A stretch of DNA of 24,000 nucleotides from assembly GCA_965203045.1 (NCBI GenBank), contig OZ241850.1, positions 1,586,889 through 1,610,888 of the forward strand, in the 5' to 3' direction. Under the pieces are notes generated by a model. The model ran no database searches, was not told the DNA's origin, and saw nothing but the letters and a program-made list of their open reading frames with translations. This stretch comes from Gammaproteobacteria bacterium (GTDB lineage Bacteria; Pseudomonadota; Gammaproteobacteria; PS1; Pseudothioglobaceae). The number at the start of each line of letters is the position of its first letter. The first letter of the stretch is position 1. A program made the translations under genes and the position numbers. Positions 1 to 8,948 of this stretch are shown piece after piece.

Positions 1-20
1 CTCCAAAATCATCATTGATA

Positions 21-1358
21 ATGTCATTTGAACAATATTTTAGCCAGCTAGTTGAAGCGCTACAAATAGAGAATGAAGCCGTTATTAAAGATTCTCTGAC
101 AAATTTTCATGATAGTGATTTACCTAAAATTGTTCAGTCTTTGCCACCTAAATATCGTTTTAAATTTTGGCAATATTTTAATCAAAAACAATCTGCATGG
201 ACTTTAAAAGAACTTAGTAATGAAGTCCAAACTGAGCTTATTAGCCAAATGAGTAGTGAGCAGCTAATTGCTGCAAGTAGCAAATTAGACTTAGATGACC
301 TTGCTGATATAATTCCTAATCTGCCTAAGTCCGCCTTGCATAATTTACTACTAACAATGGATATTCACCGTCGTGACCACTTAGCACAAGTGCTTTCCTA
401 TCCTAAAAATTCTGCTGGTGGTTTGATGAATACTGACATTATTACCGTTAGAAGTGATATTAGTGTGGATGTGGTACTTAGATATTTGCGTTTATTGAAA
501 AAAATGCCTACCGATACCGACCAAATTTTTGTAGTAGATAAAGACTATCAGTTATTAGGGTCCCTATTTTTATCAACTTTAATTACTCAAGACCCTAAGC
601 AAGATATCGCCTTTTTAATCAGTCAGAGAGAAAATGTGATTAACGCTGATATGAGTGATGATAAAGTAGCAGACTTATTTGCTGATAGAAATTTAATTTC
701 AGCGCCAGTTGTTAGCGCAAAAGGTCAATTGATTGGCAGAATTACCATTGATGATGTGGTTGATGTAATAAAAACTAAAGCTGAGCACTCAGTGTTAAGC
801 ATGGCAGGTTTGGATGAAGAAGATGATTTATTCTCACCAGTATTACAAAGCGCTAATCGCCGTATATTATGGTTATTTTTGAATTTAATTACCGCTTTTA
901 TTGCTGTTTTTGTAATTGGTTTATTTGAAGCAACATTGATGGAAAAAATAGCGCTAGCAGTGCTAATGCCAGTGGTTGCAAGTATGGGCGGCATTGCTGG
1001 GACTCAAACTTTAATTTTATTTACCAGAGGCATTGCTACTAATAAAATTAGCCGTGCTAATGTAAGTTGGTTATTTAATAAAGAACTTGGTATTGGTTTT
1101 TTAAACGGCTTATTGTGGTCATTTTTTATTGCTATAGCGGTTTATTTTTGGTTTACAGACTTATTATTAAGCACAATTATCGCAGTAGCTATAATGATTA
1201 ACCTATTATTTGCTGCTATTTTCGGTTCTTTTTTACCGCTAATGCTTACTAAACTTCGCATTGACCCCGCCCTCGCTGGTGGTGTTATTCTAACTACTAT
1301 TACCGATGTGGTTGGTTTTGCTACCTTTTTAGGTCTGGCAAGTTTAGTAATTAGCTGA
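21..1358 (+). CDS. mgtE: Magnesium transporter MgtE
   Basis: Has the tandem CBS-like segments (AGGLMNTDIITVRSD; ISAPVVSAKGQLIGRITIDDVVDVI). The C-terminal membrane domain carries MgtE signatures MPVVASMGGIAGTQT and DPALAGGVILTTITDVVGF. The ORF track starts at TTG 15; the first ATG is at 21. The stop overlaps the recJ start (TGATG). Confidence 0.9.
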   Translation: MSFEQYFSQLVEALQIENEAVIKDSLTNFHDSDLPKIVQSLPPKYRFKFWQYFNQKQSAWTLKELSNEVQTELISQMSSEQLIAASSKLDLDDLADIIPNLPKSALHNLLLTMDIHRRDHLAQVLSYPKNSAGGLMNTDIITVRSDISVDVVLRYLRLLKKMPTDTDQIFVVDKDYQLLGSLFLSTLITQDPKQDIAFLISQRENVINADMSDDKVADLFADRNLISAPVVSAKGQLIGRITIDDVVDVIKTKAEHSVLSMAGLDEEDDLFSPVLQSANRRILWLFLNLITAFIAVFVIGLFEATLMEKIALAVLMPVVASMGGIAGTQTLILFTRGIATNKISRANVSWLFNKELGIGFLNGLLWSFFIAIAVYFWFTDLLLSTIIAVAIMINLLFAAIFGSFLPLMLTKLRIDPALAGGVILTTITDVVGFATFLGLASLVIS

Positions 1359-3061
1359 TGCAATTTAAAAAACGTAGAGTTAATCAAGCATTACTAAATC
1401 AATACGGCGATGATGTTAGTGAGTTTTTAAAACCTATTTTTGCCAGTCGTAATACTGATTTTTACCAGCTAAATTTAGCGTTAAGCGCGTTGCTACCGCC
1501 TAATTTTGCTAATTTAGGGGATGCACTTGATATTTTAGCAGCTAGCCTAATTCAACAAAAACGCATTTTAATTATCGGTGATTTTGATGCTGATGGCGCT
1601 ACTGCTAGTGCGTTATTAATCAAGGCTTTACGTCAAATGGGTGGGCGATTTGTAGATTTTTTAGTTCCTAATCGTTTTGTCCACGGCTATGGACTGAGCA
1701 CAGCTATTGTCAAATTAGCTATTAAAGATAAATGTCCTGACCTAATTATTACTGTTGATAATGGTATTAGCAGTTTTGATGGAGTCCAATTAGCTAAAAA
1801 AGAAGGTATAAAAGTTATTATTACCGACCACCATCTCCCCTCTCATTTGCTACCAAAAGCAGATGCTATCATAAATCCTAATCTAGTAGATTGCTCTTTT
1901 GAATCTAAAAATTTAGCTGGTGTTGGTGTAGCTTTTTATCTTTGTCTTGCACTAAAAAGTTATTTAACTCAAAAAAAATATTTTCATAAACAAAATATAG
2001 CAATTCCAGACCTACGTTATTTGCTTGATTTAGTAGCTTTAGGAACAGTGGCAGATATGGTTAAATTAGACCAAAATAATCGTATTTTAGTAAAAAGCGG
2101 ACTAGATATTATTAATAAAACTAAAGGATGTGTTGGTATTGATGCTTTAACTAGCATCGCTAAAAAATCCACTAAAAACCTCACTGCTAGCGACTTAAGT
2201 TTTGCCCTTGCCCCTAGAATTAATGCTGCTGGTAGATTAAAAGATATCAGTATTGGCATTCGTTTGCTAGTTAGTGAAGACTTAAATATTGCTATGAATT
2301 ATGCTGCTCAGCTTAATGAATATAATCAATCCAGAAGAACCATTCAAGATGATATTCAAACACAAGCAGAAACGGCTTTAGCTGCTAACGATAATAATAA
2401 AAATCGTTTTAGTATTTGCCTTTATGATAAAAATTGGCACGAAGGTATTATTGGCATTGTCGCTGGTAAATTATCTAAACAATATCATTGTCCAGTAGCA
2501 GTATTTGCCAACAATAATAATTCTCTCAAAGGCTCATTACGTTCTATTGATAGCGTTCATATCAAAGACTTACTGACTGAAATTAATGACGATAATCCAA
2601 ACCTAATTGATAAATTTGGCGGCCATGCCGCAGCAGCCGGTATGAGTATGAAGACTGATAATTTTGAAAAGTTTAGTAAAATTTTCAAAAAAACTATTAG
2701 AAAAAAATTAAATAATATTCCACCAAATGCAATATTATTAACCGATGGCGAATTATTAGAATGGCAAATTCATATTAAAAATGCTCAACTAATCGCTGAT
2801 AATGCGCCATGGGGACAAGGTTTTGAAGAACCAGTTTTTCAAGGTATTTTCAGTGTTCATAACCAAAAAATAGTTGGTGAAGCACACTTAAAATGCCAAT
2901 TAAAGCTCAAAAATGGCAAATATTATTTTGACGCTATCGCTTTTTTCCAACAACAAATTAACCAAGATTTTGCCTTAATCGCCTACAAACTAGATATTAA
3001 CAACTATCGTGGTATGCAGTCTTTACAATTAATTATTGAAAAAATTGCACCTATATCATAA
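1358..3061 (+). CDS. recJ: Single-stranded-DNA-specific exonuclease RecJ
   Basis: DHH-family motifs appear in order: IIGDFDADGATA, ITVDNG, ITDHH, then the DHHA1-type GGHAAAAG. Length is 567 aa. Confidence 0.93.
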   Translation: MQFKKRRVNQALLNQYGDDVSEFLKPIFASRNTDFYQLNLALSALLPPNFANLGDALDILAASLIQQKRILIIGDFDADGATASALLIKALRQMGGRFVDFLVPNRFVHGYGLSTAIVKLAIKDKCPDLIITVDNGISSFDGVQLAKKEGIKVIITDHHLPSHLLPKADAIINPNLVDCSFESKNLAGVGVAFYLCLALKSYLTQKKYFHKQNIAIPDLRYLLDLVALGTVADMVKLDQNNRILVKSGLDIINKTKGCVGIDALTSIAKKSTKNLTASDLSFALAPRINAAGRLKDISIGIRLLVSEDLNIAMNYAAQLNEYNQSRRTIQDDIQTQAETALAANDNNKNRFSICLYDKNWHEGIIGIVAGKLSKQYHCPVAVFANNNNSLKGSLRSIDSVHIKDLLTEINDDNPNLIDKFGGHAAAAGMSMKTDNFEKFSKIFKKTIRKKLNNIPPNAILLTDGELLEWQIHIKNAQLIADNAPWGQGFEEPVFQGIFSVHNQKIVGEAHLKCQLKLKNGKYYFDAIAFFQQQINQDFALIAYKLDINNYRGMQSLQLIIEKIAPIS

Positions 3062-3065
3062 TAAT

Positions 3066-4319
3066 TTATTGATAAACTGGAAATTCTGCACATAACTTAA
3101 TAACTTGTTGCTTAATATTTTTAATGGTATTTTGATTATCTAAGTCATCACAAATATCACACATCCAGCCAGCTAATTTAGCACACTCACTAACACCCAA
3201 ACCACGAGTAGTAGCAGCAGGAGTTCCTATACGTATGCCACTGGTTACAAATGGCGGCTGAGGGTCGCCGGGGACAGCATTTTTATTAACGGTAATATGG
3301 GCTTCATTTAAGGCTTCATCTACTGCTTTACCAGTTAAACCTTGTTTAATAAAACTTACTAAAAACAAATGATTATCAGTGCTGCCAGACACTACTTCAT
3401 AGCTACGTTTAGCAAATATCTCTGCCATTGTTTGAGCATTTTTGATTATTTGTTGTTGATATTTTTTATACTCTTTGGTCATTGCCTCCTTAAAAGCAAC
3501 TGCTTTAGCGGCAATAACGTGCATCAAAGGCCCGCCTTGAGTACCGGGGAAAATAGCAGATTGTAATTTTTTCTCAATTTCTTCATTACTACGAGCTAAA
3601 ATTAGTCCTCCTCTGGGACCTCTTAAAGTTTTATGAGTAGTACTAGTGGTAACATCAGCAATTTGTACTGGTGTTGGATAGAGCCCTACTGCTACCAATC
3701 CAGCAACATGGGCCATATCTACCATTAAATAAGCATCAACTTCATCAGCAATATCTCTAAATTTTTGCCAATCAATCACTTTGGAATAAGCAGAAAATCC
3801 AGCAATAATCATTTTAGGATTGTGGTCTCTAGCTAACTTAGCAACTTGTAAGTAATCTATTTCACCACTATTTTTGTCTAAGCCATATTGCACAGCATTA
3901 TAATTTTTGCCAGAAAAAGAAGGTGCTGCCCCATGGGTTAGATGTCCGCCATGGGCTAAACTCATTCCTAAAATAGTATCCTTGGGCTTAATTAATGCTT
4001 GGAAAACTGCCGCATTGGCTTGTGAGCCTGAATGTGGCTGCACATTGACATAATCAGCATTAAACAATTTTTTAGCTCTATCAATGGCTAATTGTTCCAC
4101 TACATCTGCAAACTCACAACCACCATAATAACGTTTTTGTGGATAGCCTTCGGCGTATTTGTTAGTTAGTTGTGAGCCTTGAGCTTCCATAACTGCTGGT
4201 GAGGTATAATTCTCTGAAGCAATAAGTTCAATATAGTCTTCTTGACGTCTATTCTCGTCAGCAATAGCATCAGCAATGGCTCTATCAACTTGTGCTAAAG
4301 TTTTGGATTTATCAAACAT
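3066..4319 (-). CDS. glyA: Serine hydroxymethyltransferase
   Basis: Full-length SHMT (417 aa) with the PLP-lysine motif [15 protein letters not shown] and the typical N-terminus [20 protein letters not shown]. Confidence 0.97.
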   Translation of the reverse strand: MFDKSKTLAQVDRAIADAIADENRRQEDYIELIASENYTSPAVMEAQGSQLTNKYAEGYPQKRYYGGCEFADVVEQLAIDRAKKLFNADYVNVQPHSGSQANAAVFQALIKPKDTILGMSLAHGGHLTHGAAPSFSGKNYNAVQYGLDKNSGEIDYLQVAKLARDHNPKMIIAGFSAYSKVIDWQKFRDIADEVDAYLMVDMAHVAGLVAVGLYPTPVQIADVTTSTTHKTLRGPRGGLILARSNEEIEKKLQSAIFPGTQGGPLMHVIAAKAVAFKEAMTKEYKKYQQQIIKNAQTMAEIFAKRSYEVVSGSTDNHLFLVSFIKQGLTGKAVDEALNEAHITVNKNAVPGDPQPPFVTSGIRIGTPAATTRGLGVSECAKLAGWMCDICDDLDNQNTIKNIKQQVIKLCAEFPVYQ

Positions 4320-4338
4320 AATTTCTAAGAAAAATAGA

Positions 4339-5772
4339 TTATTTTAGATTATTTATAGATTTAAAATAACCATTTTGCTGTAATGCTTGATAATTTAAAT
4401 AATTACGGTGGTAATTCGCCGCGTTCTGCACATAAGAGAGGCGAATATCATTAGCATTATTTTTTGCTCTAATCACCGCGCTACTATCAGTTAAGCCATT
4501 TTTGTGACGCTTTTGTTCTTCTTTAACATACTGATTTGCAGTAGTTAATTGTTGTTTATTTACATCTAGGACTTGTTTTGCAATTTTTAGTTGTTTAAAC
4601 AAAAAGTCAGCCCTAGCAGTTAAATCTTTTAGAATTTCATCTTGACGAGATTCAATTTCTGATAATTGTAATAATAATAATTGATTTTGTGCCTTATTAA
4701 CTTTGTTTCCCAAAGGCATAGAAAAGTTTAAACCCAACGCTAAACCATCACCTTGAGGAAAAAAACTATCACCAAAATTACTATTTTCAGCCTGTCTTAA
4801 ATAGGATAAATTAAGCAATAAATCTGGCTGCTGCTCATCTCTATTACTAAGCAATCTGCGCTTTATTATGGCTTTTTGCTGTGTTAATGCTTGTAATTGT
4901 GGGTGTTGGTTTAAAAAATATCTAAGTGAAATTTTACCAACAGATTTATAAGTTTGATAAAGGTCAATATCGCTAATTATTTTACTAACTTTTAATCCTA
5001 ATAATGCTGCCAATTGTTGTTTTAAAGAATTTAGGTTTTGCTGACTAAGTGCGATTTGTTGCTTGATATTAAGAACATCAGAAGTAGTTGCCAAAACATC
5101 AACTCTCTCACCCACAGCATCTTTATATTTCCGTTGTTCTAAATCTAGTAAATCATCGGCTAATTTTAACCTTGATTGTTGAATATTTAATTGCGATTGT
5201 GCTAAAGCTAAATCAACAAAGATTTGTAATTGCACTAATAAAAAATCATCTTGCTGCTGCTTGATATTATATTGAGTTAATTTGTTGCCAATAGCAGCAA
5301 TATCAATATCTAATCTATCATTAATGCCCCCTCTATTACGTAATAAAGGCGCTATATAACTTAACTCAAAAACATTATTATATATATCATCGCTAAGGGC
5401 TAGTCTATTGCTACCAAATTCTGACCTTTCCAACCTATGTGTTAAACTAACAGTATTGCCAGTGCGATAATCATTTTTGCTGACACTGGTTTGGAGTGAT
5501 AAATTATCGCGCGAGTTGTTGCCATTTACTATACTTTGAATATGGTCTGTTTGTTGGTAATTATAATTACTACCAATATTTAATTGCCAATCATCAACTG
5601 ATTTAGCAAGCAAATATTCTTGCTGGGCAATAGCAGCAGTAATTTTACTAGTATTGAATAAAGGATGAGTGCTGATTAATCTCTGCCTAAACTCATCAAT
5701 AGTAAGTGCTTGAGATATGCTAGCTAGTGTAAATTGAGCGATTATTACTAAAATATATTGTTTTAACTGCAT
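4339..5772 (-). CDS. TolC/OEP-family outer-membrane channel protein
   Basis: N-terminal signal peptide ([14 protein letters not shown]) followed by the OEP-type start [18 protein letters not shown]. The 477-aa protein is Q/L/N-rich with a coiled-coil-like, two-repeat architecture. No adjacent pump or adaptor genes. The start overlaps the aroK stop by 10 nt. Confidence 0.7.
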   Translation of the reverse strand: MQLKQYILVIIAQFTLASISQALTIDEFRQRLISTHPLFNTSKITAAIAQQEYLLAKSVDDWQLNIGSNYNYQQTDHIQSIVNGNNSRDNLSLQTSVSKNDYRTGNTVSLTHRLERSEFGSNRLALSDDIYNNVFELSYIAPLLRNRGGINDRLDIDIAAIGNKLTQYNIKQQQDDFLLVQLQIFVDLALAQSQLNIQQSRLKLADDLLDLEQRKYKDAVGERVDVLATTSDVLNIKQQIALSQQNLNSLKQQLAALLGLKVSKIISDIDLYQTYKSVGKISLRYFLNQHPQLQALTQQKAIIKRRLLSNRDEQQPDLLLNLSYLRQAENSNFGDSFFPQGDGLALGLNFSMPLGNKVNKAQNQLLLLQLSEIESRQDEILKDLTARADFLFKQLKIAKQVLDVNKQQLTTANQYVKEEQKRHKNGLTDSSAVIRAKNNANDIRLSYVQNAANYHRNYLNYQALQQNGYFKSINNLK

Positions 5773-6287
5773 AATTTTTTTTTAATTTCATTAATAATCA
5801 TATACAAGCGCTTACCACTAGTATCAATAGTAATATTAGCACATTGTTGATACCATGGATTTCTAACTTTTAGTAAATCAGTAATGGTTTTTTCTCTATT
5901 TGCGCTATTTTCTAATAGAGGACGATGATTTGACTTAGCTGTTCTTTCTAGTAAAGTTGTTAGTGATGATTTTAAATAAATAACTGGATTGTGTTTTTGC
6001 AGTAATTGCCGATTTTCTAACACTGTAACAATACCGCCGCCGGTAGCAATAACACTATTTTTTAATTGACATAATTCTTTTAGCATTTTGCTTTCACGGC
6101 GGCGAAAGCCAGTCTCACCCTCTACTTTGAAAATATGATTGATACTAACGCCAGTGCGCTCTACCAGCTCACTATCACTATCATAGAAATCATATCTAAG
6201 CACATAAGCAAGCCTATGTCCAATTGAAGTCTTACCAACGCCCATTGGCCCAATCAAAATGATAGATTTTTTGTCATTTTTTGTCAT
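5763..6287 (-). CDS. aroK: Shikimate kinase
   Basis: Walker A GPMGVGKTSIG, shikimate-binding region FYDSDSELVERTG, and ATGGGIV. I place the start at ATG 6287 (MTKNDKKSIILIG). The longer ORF-track start at 6374 adds 29 non-homologous residues that overlap the upstream gene. Confidence 0.88.
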   Translation of the reverse strand: MTKNDKKSIILIGPMGVGKTSIGHRLAYVLRYDFYDSDSELVERTGVSINHIFKVEGETGFRRRESKMLKELCQLKNSVIATGGGIVTVLENRQLLQKHNPVIYLKSSLTTLLERTAKSNHRPLLENSANREKTITDLLKVRNPWYQQCANITIDTSGKRLYMIINEIKKKLCS

Positions 6288-6290
6288 TTT
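6271..6290. repeat. Perfect 10-bp tandem duplication (ttgtcatttt x2) at the zf-CHCC/aroK junction
   Basis: Read directly: 6271-6280 and 6281-6290 are identical. On the minus strand this reads AAAATGACAA AAAATGACAA. Confidence 0.95.
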
Positions 6291-6459
6291 TGATAATATA
6301 ATTAGTGCCACAATATGGGCACATAGCACTATTTTTATCAAATTTAATAAATACTTTTGGGTGTGACAGCTCACTATTGTTATCGGGTGGACAGAAAAAA
6401 GGCTGGCTCACATTTGATAAATAAACCAGTGCCTTAGTATTAACCTTTGACTTAGTCAT
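6274..6459 (-). CDS. Small zinc-finger protein, zf-CHCC (NDUFS6-like) family
   Basis: 61 aa with the pattern C-x(n)-HPKVFIKFD-x(n)-CPYCG, matching the HPKVYI...CxYCG core of zf-CHCC/NDUFS6 domains. ATGA overlap with the ilvE stop (6456-6459) indicates translational coupling. Confidence 0.75.
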   Translation of the reverse strand: MTKSKVNTKALVYLSNVSQPFFCPPDNNSELSHPKVFIKFDKNSAMCPYCGTNYIIKNDKK

Positions 6460-7391
6460 TTTTTAACTATCCCGCCTTCAATCCAATGTTGATAACGAGG
6501 ATTTTTGCCATACACACAATCAAAATACAATTTTTGTAATTGCGCGGTAATATTACCAATACTACCATTACCAATATTGTGATTATCCAATTCACGAATT
6601 GGCATAACCTCAGCAGCAGTGCCGGTAAAAAAAGCTTCATCAGCGACATAAACCTCATCACGAGTGATGCGTTTTTCCACTACTTGCAAACCTAAATCTA
6701 TTGCTAAAGTCACAACAGTTGCACGTGTAATACCTGCTAAAGCAGAAGTTAAATCAGGTGTATAAAGCACACCACCTTTAACAATAAATATATTCTCACC
6801 ACTACCTTCGGCAACAAAACCATCCACATCTAGCAATAAAGCCTCATCATAACCATCATCAAGCGCTTCTTGTAGAGCCAGCATTGAGTTCATATAATTA
6901 CCATTAGCCTTAGCTTTACTCGTAGTGCTGTTTATATGATGACGATTAAAAGACGAGGTGCGTACTCTAATACCACTTTGCATATTTTCATCACCAAGAT
7001 AACTACCCCAATCCCAAGCGGCAATAGCAGTATGGACTTTTAAATTATCAGCTCTTAAACCCATTCCTTCTGCACCATAAAAGCATATAGGCCGCAAATA
7101 TGCTGATTTTAAGTTATTTTTAACTAGCGCTTGCTTTTGGACTTCATTTAGAGTGTTCTTATCATAAGGTATTTTCATACCTAAAATATGTGCTGAATCT
7201 AATAATCTATCAGTATGGTCGCCAAGACGAAAAATAGCAGTACCTTGCTTAGTATTGTAAGCGCGAACTCCCTCAAACACCCCCATACCATAGTGTAAGG
7301 TATGTGTTAAAATGTGCACCTTGGCATCTTTCCAGATAAGCCAATTACCATCTAGCCAAATCCAGCCTTCTCGCTTATCCATCGCAATCAT
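6456..7391 (-). CDS. ilvE: Branched-chain amino acid aminotransferase
   Basis: Class IV aminotransferase motifs GVFEGVRAY, ANGNYMNSMLALQEA and AEGSGENIFIVKGG...LAGITR. The start is probably ATG 7391 (MIAMDKREGWIWLDG) or 7382. The ORF-track start at 7439 adds a non-homologous extension. Confidence 0.92.
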   Translation of the reverse strand: MIAMDKREGWIWLDGNWLIWKDAKVHILTHTLHYGMGVFEGVRAYNTKQGTAIFRLGDHTDRLLDSAHILGMKIPYDKNTLNEVQKQALVKNNLKSAYLRPICFYGAEGMGLRADNLKVHTAIAAWDWGSYLGDENMQSGIRVRTSSFNRHHINSTTSKAKANGNYMNSMLALQEALDDGYDEALLLDVDGFVAEGSGENIFIVKGGVLYTPDLTSALAGITRATVVTLAIDLGLQVVEKRITRDEVYVADEAFFTGTAAEVMPIRELDNHNIGNGSIGNITAQLQKLYFDCVYGKNPRYQHWIEGGIVKK

Positions 7392-7928
7392 TAAAATACA
7401 CTCTATGAAAAATAAAGGTCTATATTTTAACCTTAACAATGGTTTATTTAGCCTAATTTTCTGGTTTTAGCTTATCAATCTGCTTAAATTGACCCAAATT
7501 ATCTCAGTTTATAACAAATAATAATATCACGATGGTTTGCGATAATAAAAATTAATATTTTTACTAATTTTATCTTTTTTAAAATAGGTATTTTATTAAA
7601 AGCATTAATAATCAATTATCATATTATTGTCACTCTTTTAAATACGATTCTTTGTTGTCTTGTTTTATTCTAAATATGTTTAATAATTTTAGATAGATTT
7701 TATCTAAGTGTTGCATAATCAAACATCCAACCTTTTTTATAATCTCTAATACTATCATAAGGTGGTGAAAAAATGGATAAACCTATTGATTCTCTATTTA
7801 GTTTTTGGTAGCAACAATGCAGTCGTTTTGTATAATTTTATCTGGTTAATGAACTATTTCTTATATTTTTTTAAAACTTAATTATTAGAGTCTTATTGAC
7901 GAACTCATTTATTTAGAAATCTATTTTA

Positions 7929-8948
7929 TTAATTATTGATAAAAGCATCAAAGTTTTTAATCGTGGCGATAACCTTTTTATTAATATTATTATCAAATTT
8001 TAATATACAATTCACCTGATTATCATAGGCAGGAAAGTCCAAAAGCCCAAATAACATAGCGTGATAAGATAAAGGTTTTAAAACCAAATGCTGTTGAGGT
8101 TTTATAGGAATATTATCTTGTTTTATCATATTCATTTGAGAGTTGACAACGCGGCTTAGATGCAATTCACTGTTTTTAGCCAAACTAGGACAACTAATAC
8201 CGTGTAATTGTATTGTTTGGCTACTTTGGTTAATAATTGTGCCATAAAGAGCGGTAACTCTAGCATATTTTGTCGGGTTTTTTAGCCAAAAATTTTGGGC
8301 AATAATTTTACTGTTTTGAATAGTTCTTAATTGTTTATTATTTGGTTGTTCAAGCAATGTTAAAATTTCTTTGATAAATTTATCAGACGGATAACCCGAA
8401 TAATGCACAGCCCTTACCTTATTCTTCTTATCAATGAGAAAAATGCTAATAGAATGATTAAAAACATTGGAAGTGTCATTTTTATCGCGCTCCTTAACAC
8501 TGGGGCGATTATATTGTGTTGCCAGCCTAAAATCTTTAACTTTTTCATAAACAACTTGAAATTGTTTAGCAATATTTACTAGATTTTCTTCTGTTGGACT
8601 AATGCCGATAAATGACGGGTTGAAGGCAGCTAAATATTTCTTTAAATAAGCGGGAGTATCATATTCTGGGTCAACCGTGATAAATATTACCTTAACTTTT
8701 TGCTGTTGGTCTTTATTTAACTTGCTTACTAAAAAATTTAGATAACCTAATGTAATTGGACATACATCAGGGCAATTTGTATAACCAAAAGTTAATAAAA
8801 CCACATAATCTTTATAATCAGATAGGCGGGTCGGATGACCCAGTGAACTATCTGCCTTAAAATCACCGCCTATACCACGCATAATAGGCAAGGCATTAGT
8901 ATAAGAACTGGTGATTAAACTAATTAATATCAATAATTTTATTAACAT
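7929..8948 (-). CDS. Periplasmic copper chaperone fusion: Sco1/SenC domain plus PCu(A)C (DUF461) domain
   Basis: Signal peptide. The Sco thioredoxin-like part has C59-PDV-C63 (GYTNCPDVCP) and the conserved His in FNHSISIFLID. The C-terminal part has an exact PCuAC ligand pattern, H263-x10-M274-x21-H296-x-M298 (ELHLSRVVNSQMNM...PLSYHAMLFGL). Confidence 0.8.
   Translation of the reverse strand: MLIKLLILISLITSSYTNALPIMRGIGGDFKADSSLGHPTRLSDYKDYVVLLTFGYTNCPDVCPITLGYLNFLVSKLNKDQQQKVKVIFITVDPEYDTPAYLKKYLAAFNPSFIGISPTEENLVNIAKQFQVVYEKVKDFRLATQYNRPSVKERDKNDTSNVFNHSISIFLIDKKNKVRAVHYSGYPSDKFIKEILTLLEQPNNKQLRTIQNSKIIAQNFWLKNPTKYARVTALYGTIINQSSQTIQLHGISCPSLAKNSELHLSRVVNSQMNMIKQDNIPIKPQQHLVLKPLSYHAMLFGLLDFPAYDNQVNCILKFDNNINKKVIATIKNFDAFINN

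Noticed and set aside
725-2259. Minus-strand ORFs 725-994, 1142-1387 and 2017-2259 lying inside mgtE and recJ
   Set aside because: They are antisense to genes with clear family motifs. Their translations are low-complexity with no recognisable domains, starts or SDs. They are shadow ORFs.
3369-3566. Plus-strand 65-aa ORF inside glyA, and likewise 6467-6661 (minus strand, alternative frame inside ilvE)
   Set aside because: They overlap highly conserved coding sequence in another frame, and there is no independent evidence for either.
5775-5783. T9 (A9 on the coding strand) homopolymer in the aroK 3' end, just upstream of the TolC-family start, as a possible phase-variation tract
   Set aside because: It encodes an ordinary KKK run. 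A/T homopolymers of this length are common in this composition, and I cannot see any evidence of length variation.
6288-6374. Longer aroK start at 6374, adding 29 N-terminal residues
   Set aside because: The extension has no counterpart in shikimate kinases, whose Walker A loop lies close to the N-terminus. It also completely overlaps the zf-CHCC gene in another frame.
7392-7439. Longer ilvE start at 7439
   Set aside because: Homology to IlvE begins around WIWLDG. The extra 16 residues look like read-through of upstream non-coding sequence.
7630-7758. 42-codon minus-strand ORF (MIVLEIIKKVGCLIMQHLDKIYLKLLNIFRIKQDNKESYLKE) in the spacer
   Set aside because: It has no SD (the upstream sequence is CACCACC) and no recognisable family, and its length is within what chance can give. 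It is mentioned only because it is antisense to the mini-ORF ribosome-binding site.
7440-7928. Possibility that the long AT-rich spacer is a replication origin
   Set aside because: I found no good DnaA boxes: TTATCAATC and TTATCTxxx differ from TTATCCACA at several positions. There are no GATC clusters and no dnaA, dnaN, gidA or mioC neighbours. AT-richness alone says little in this genome.
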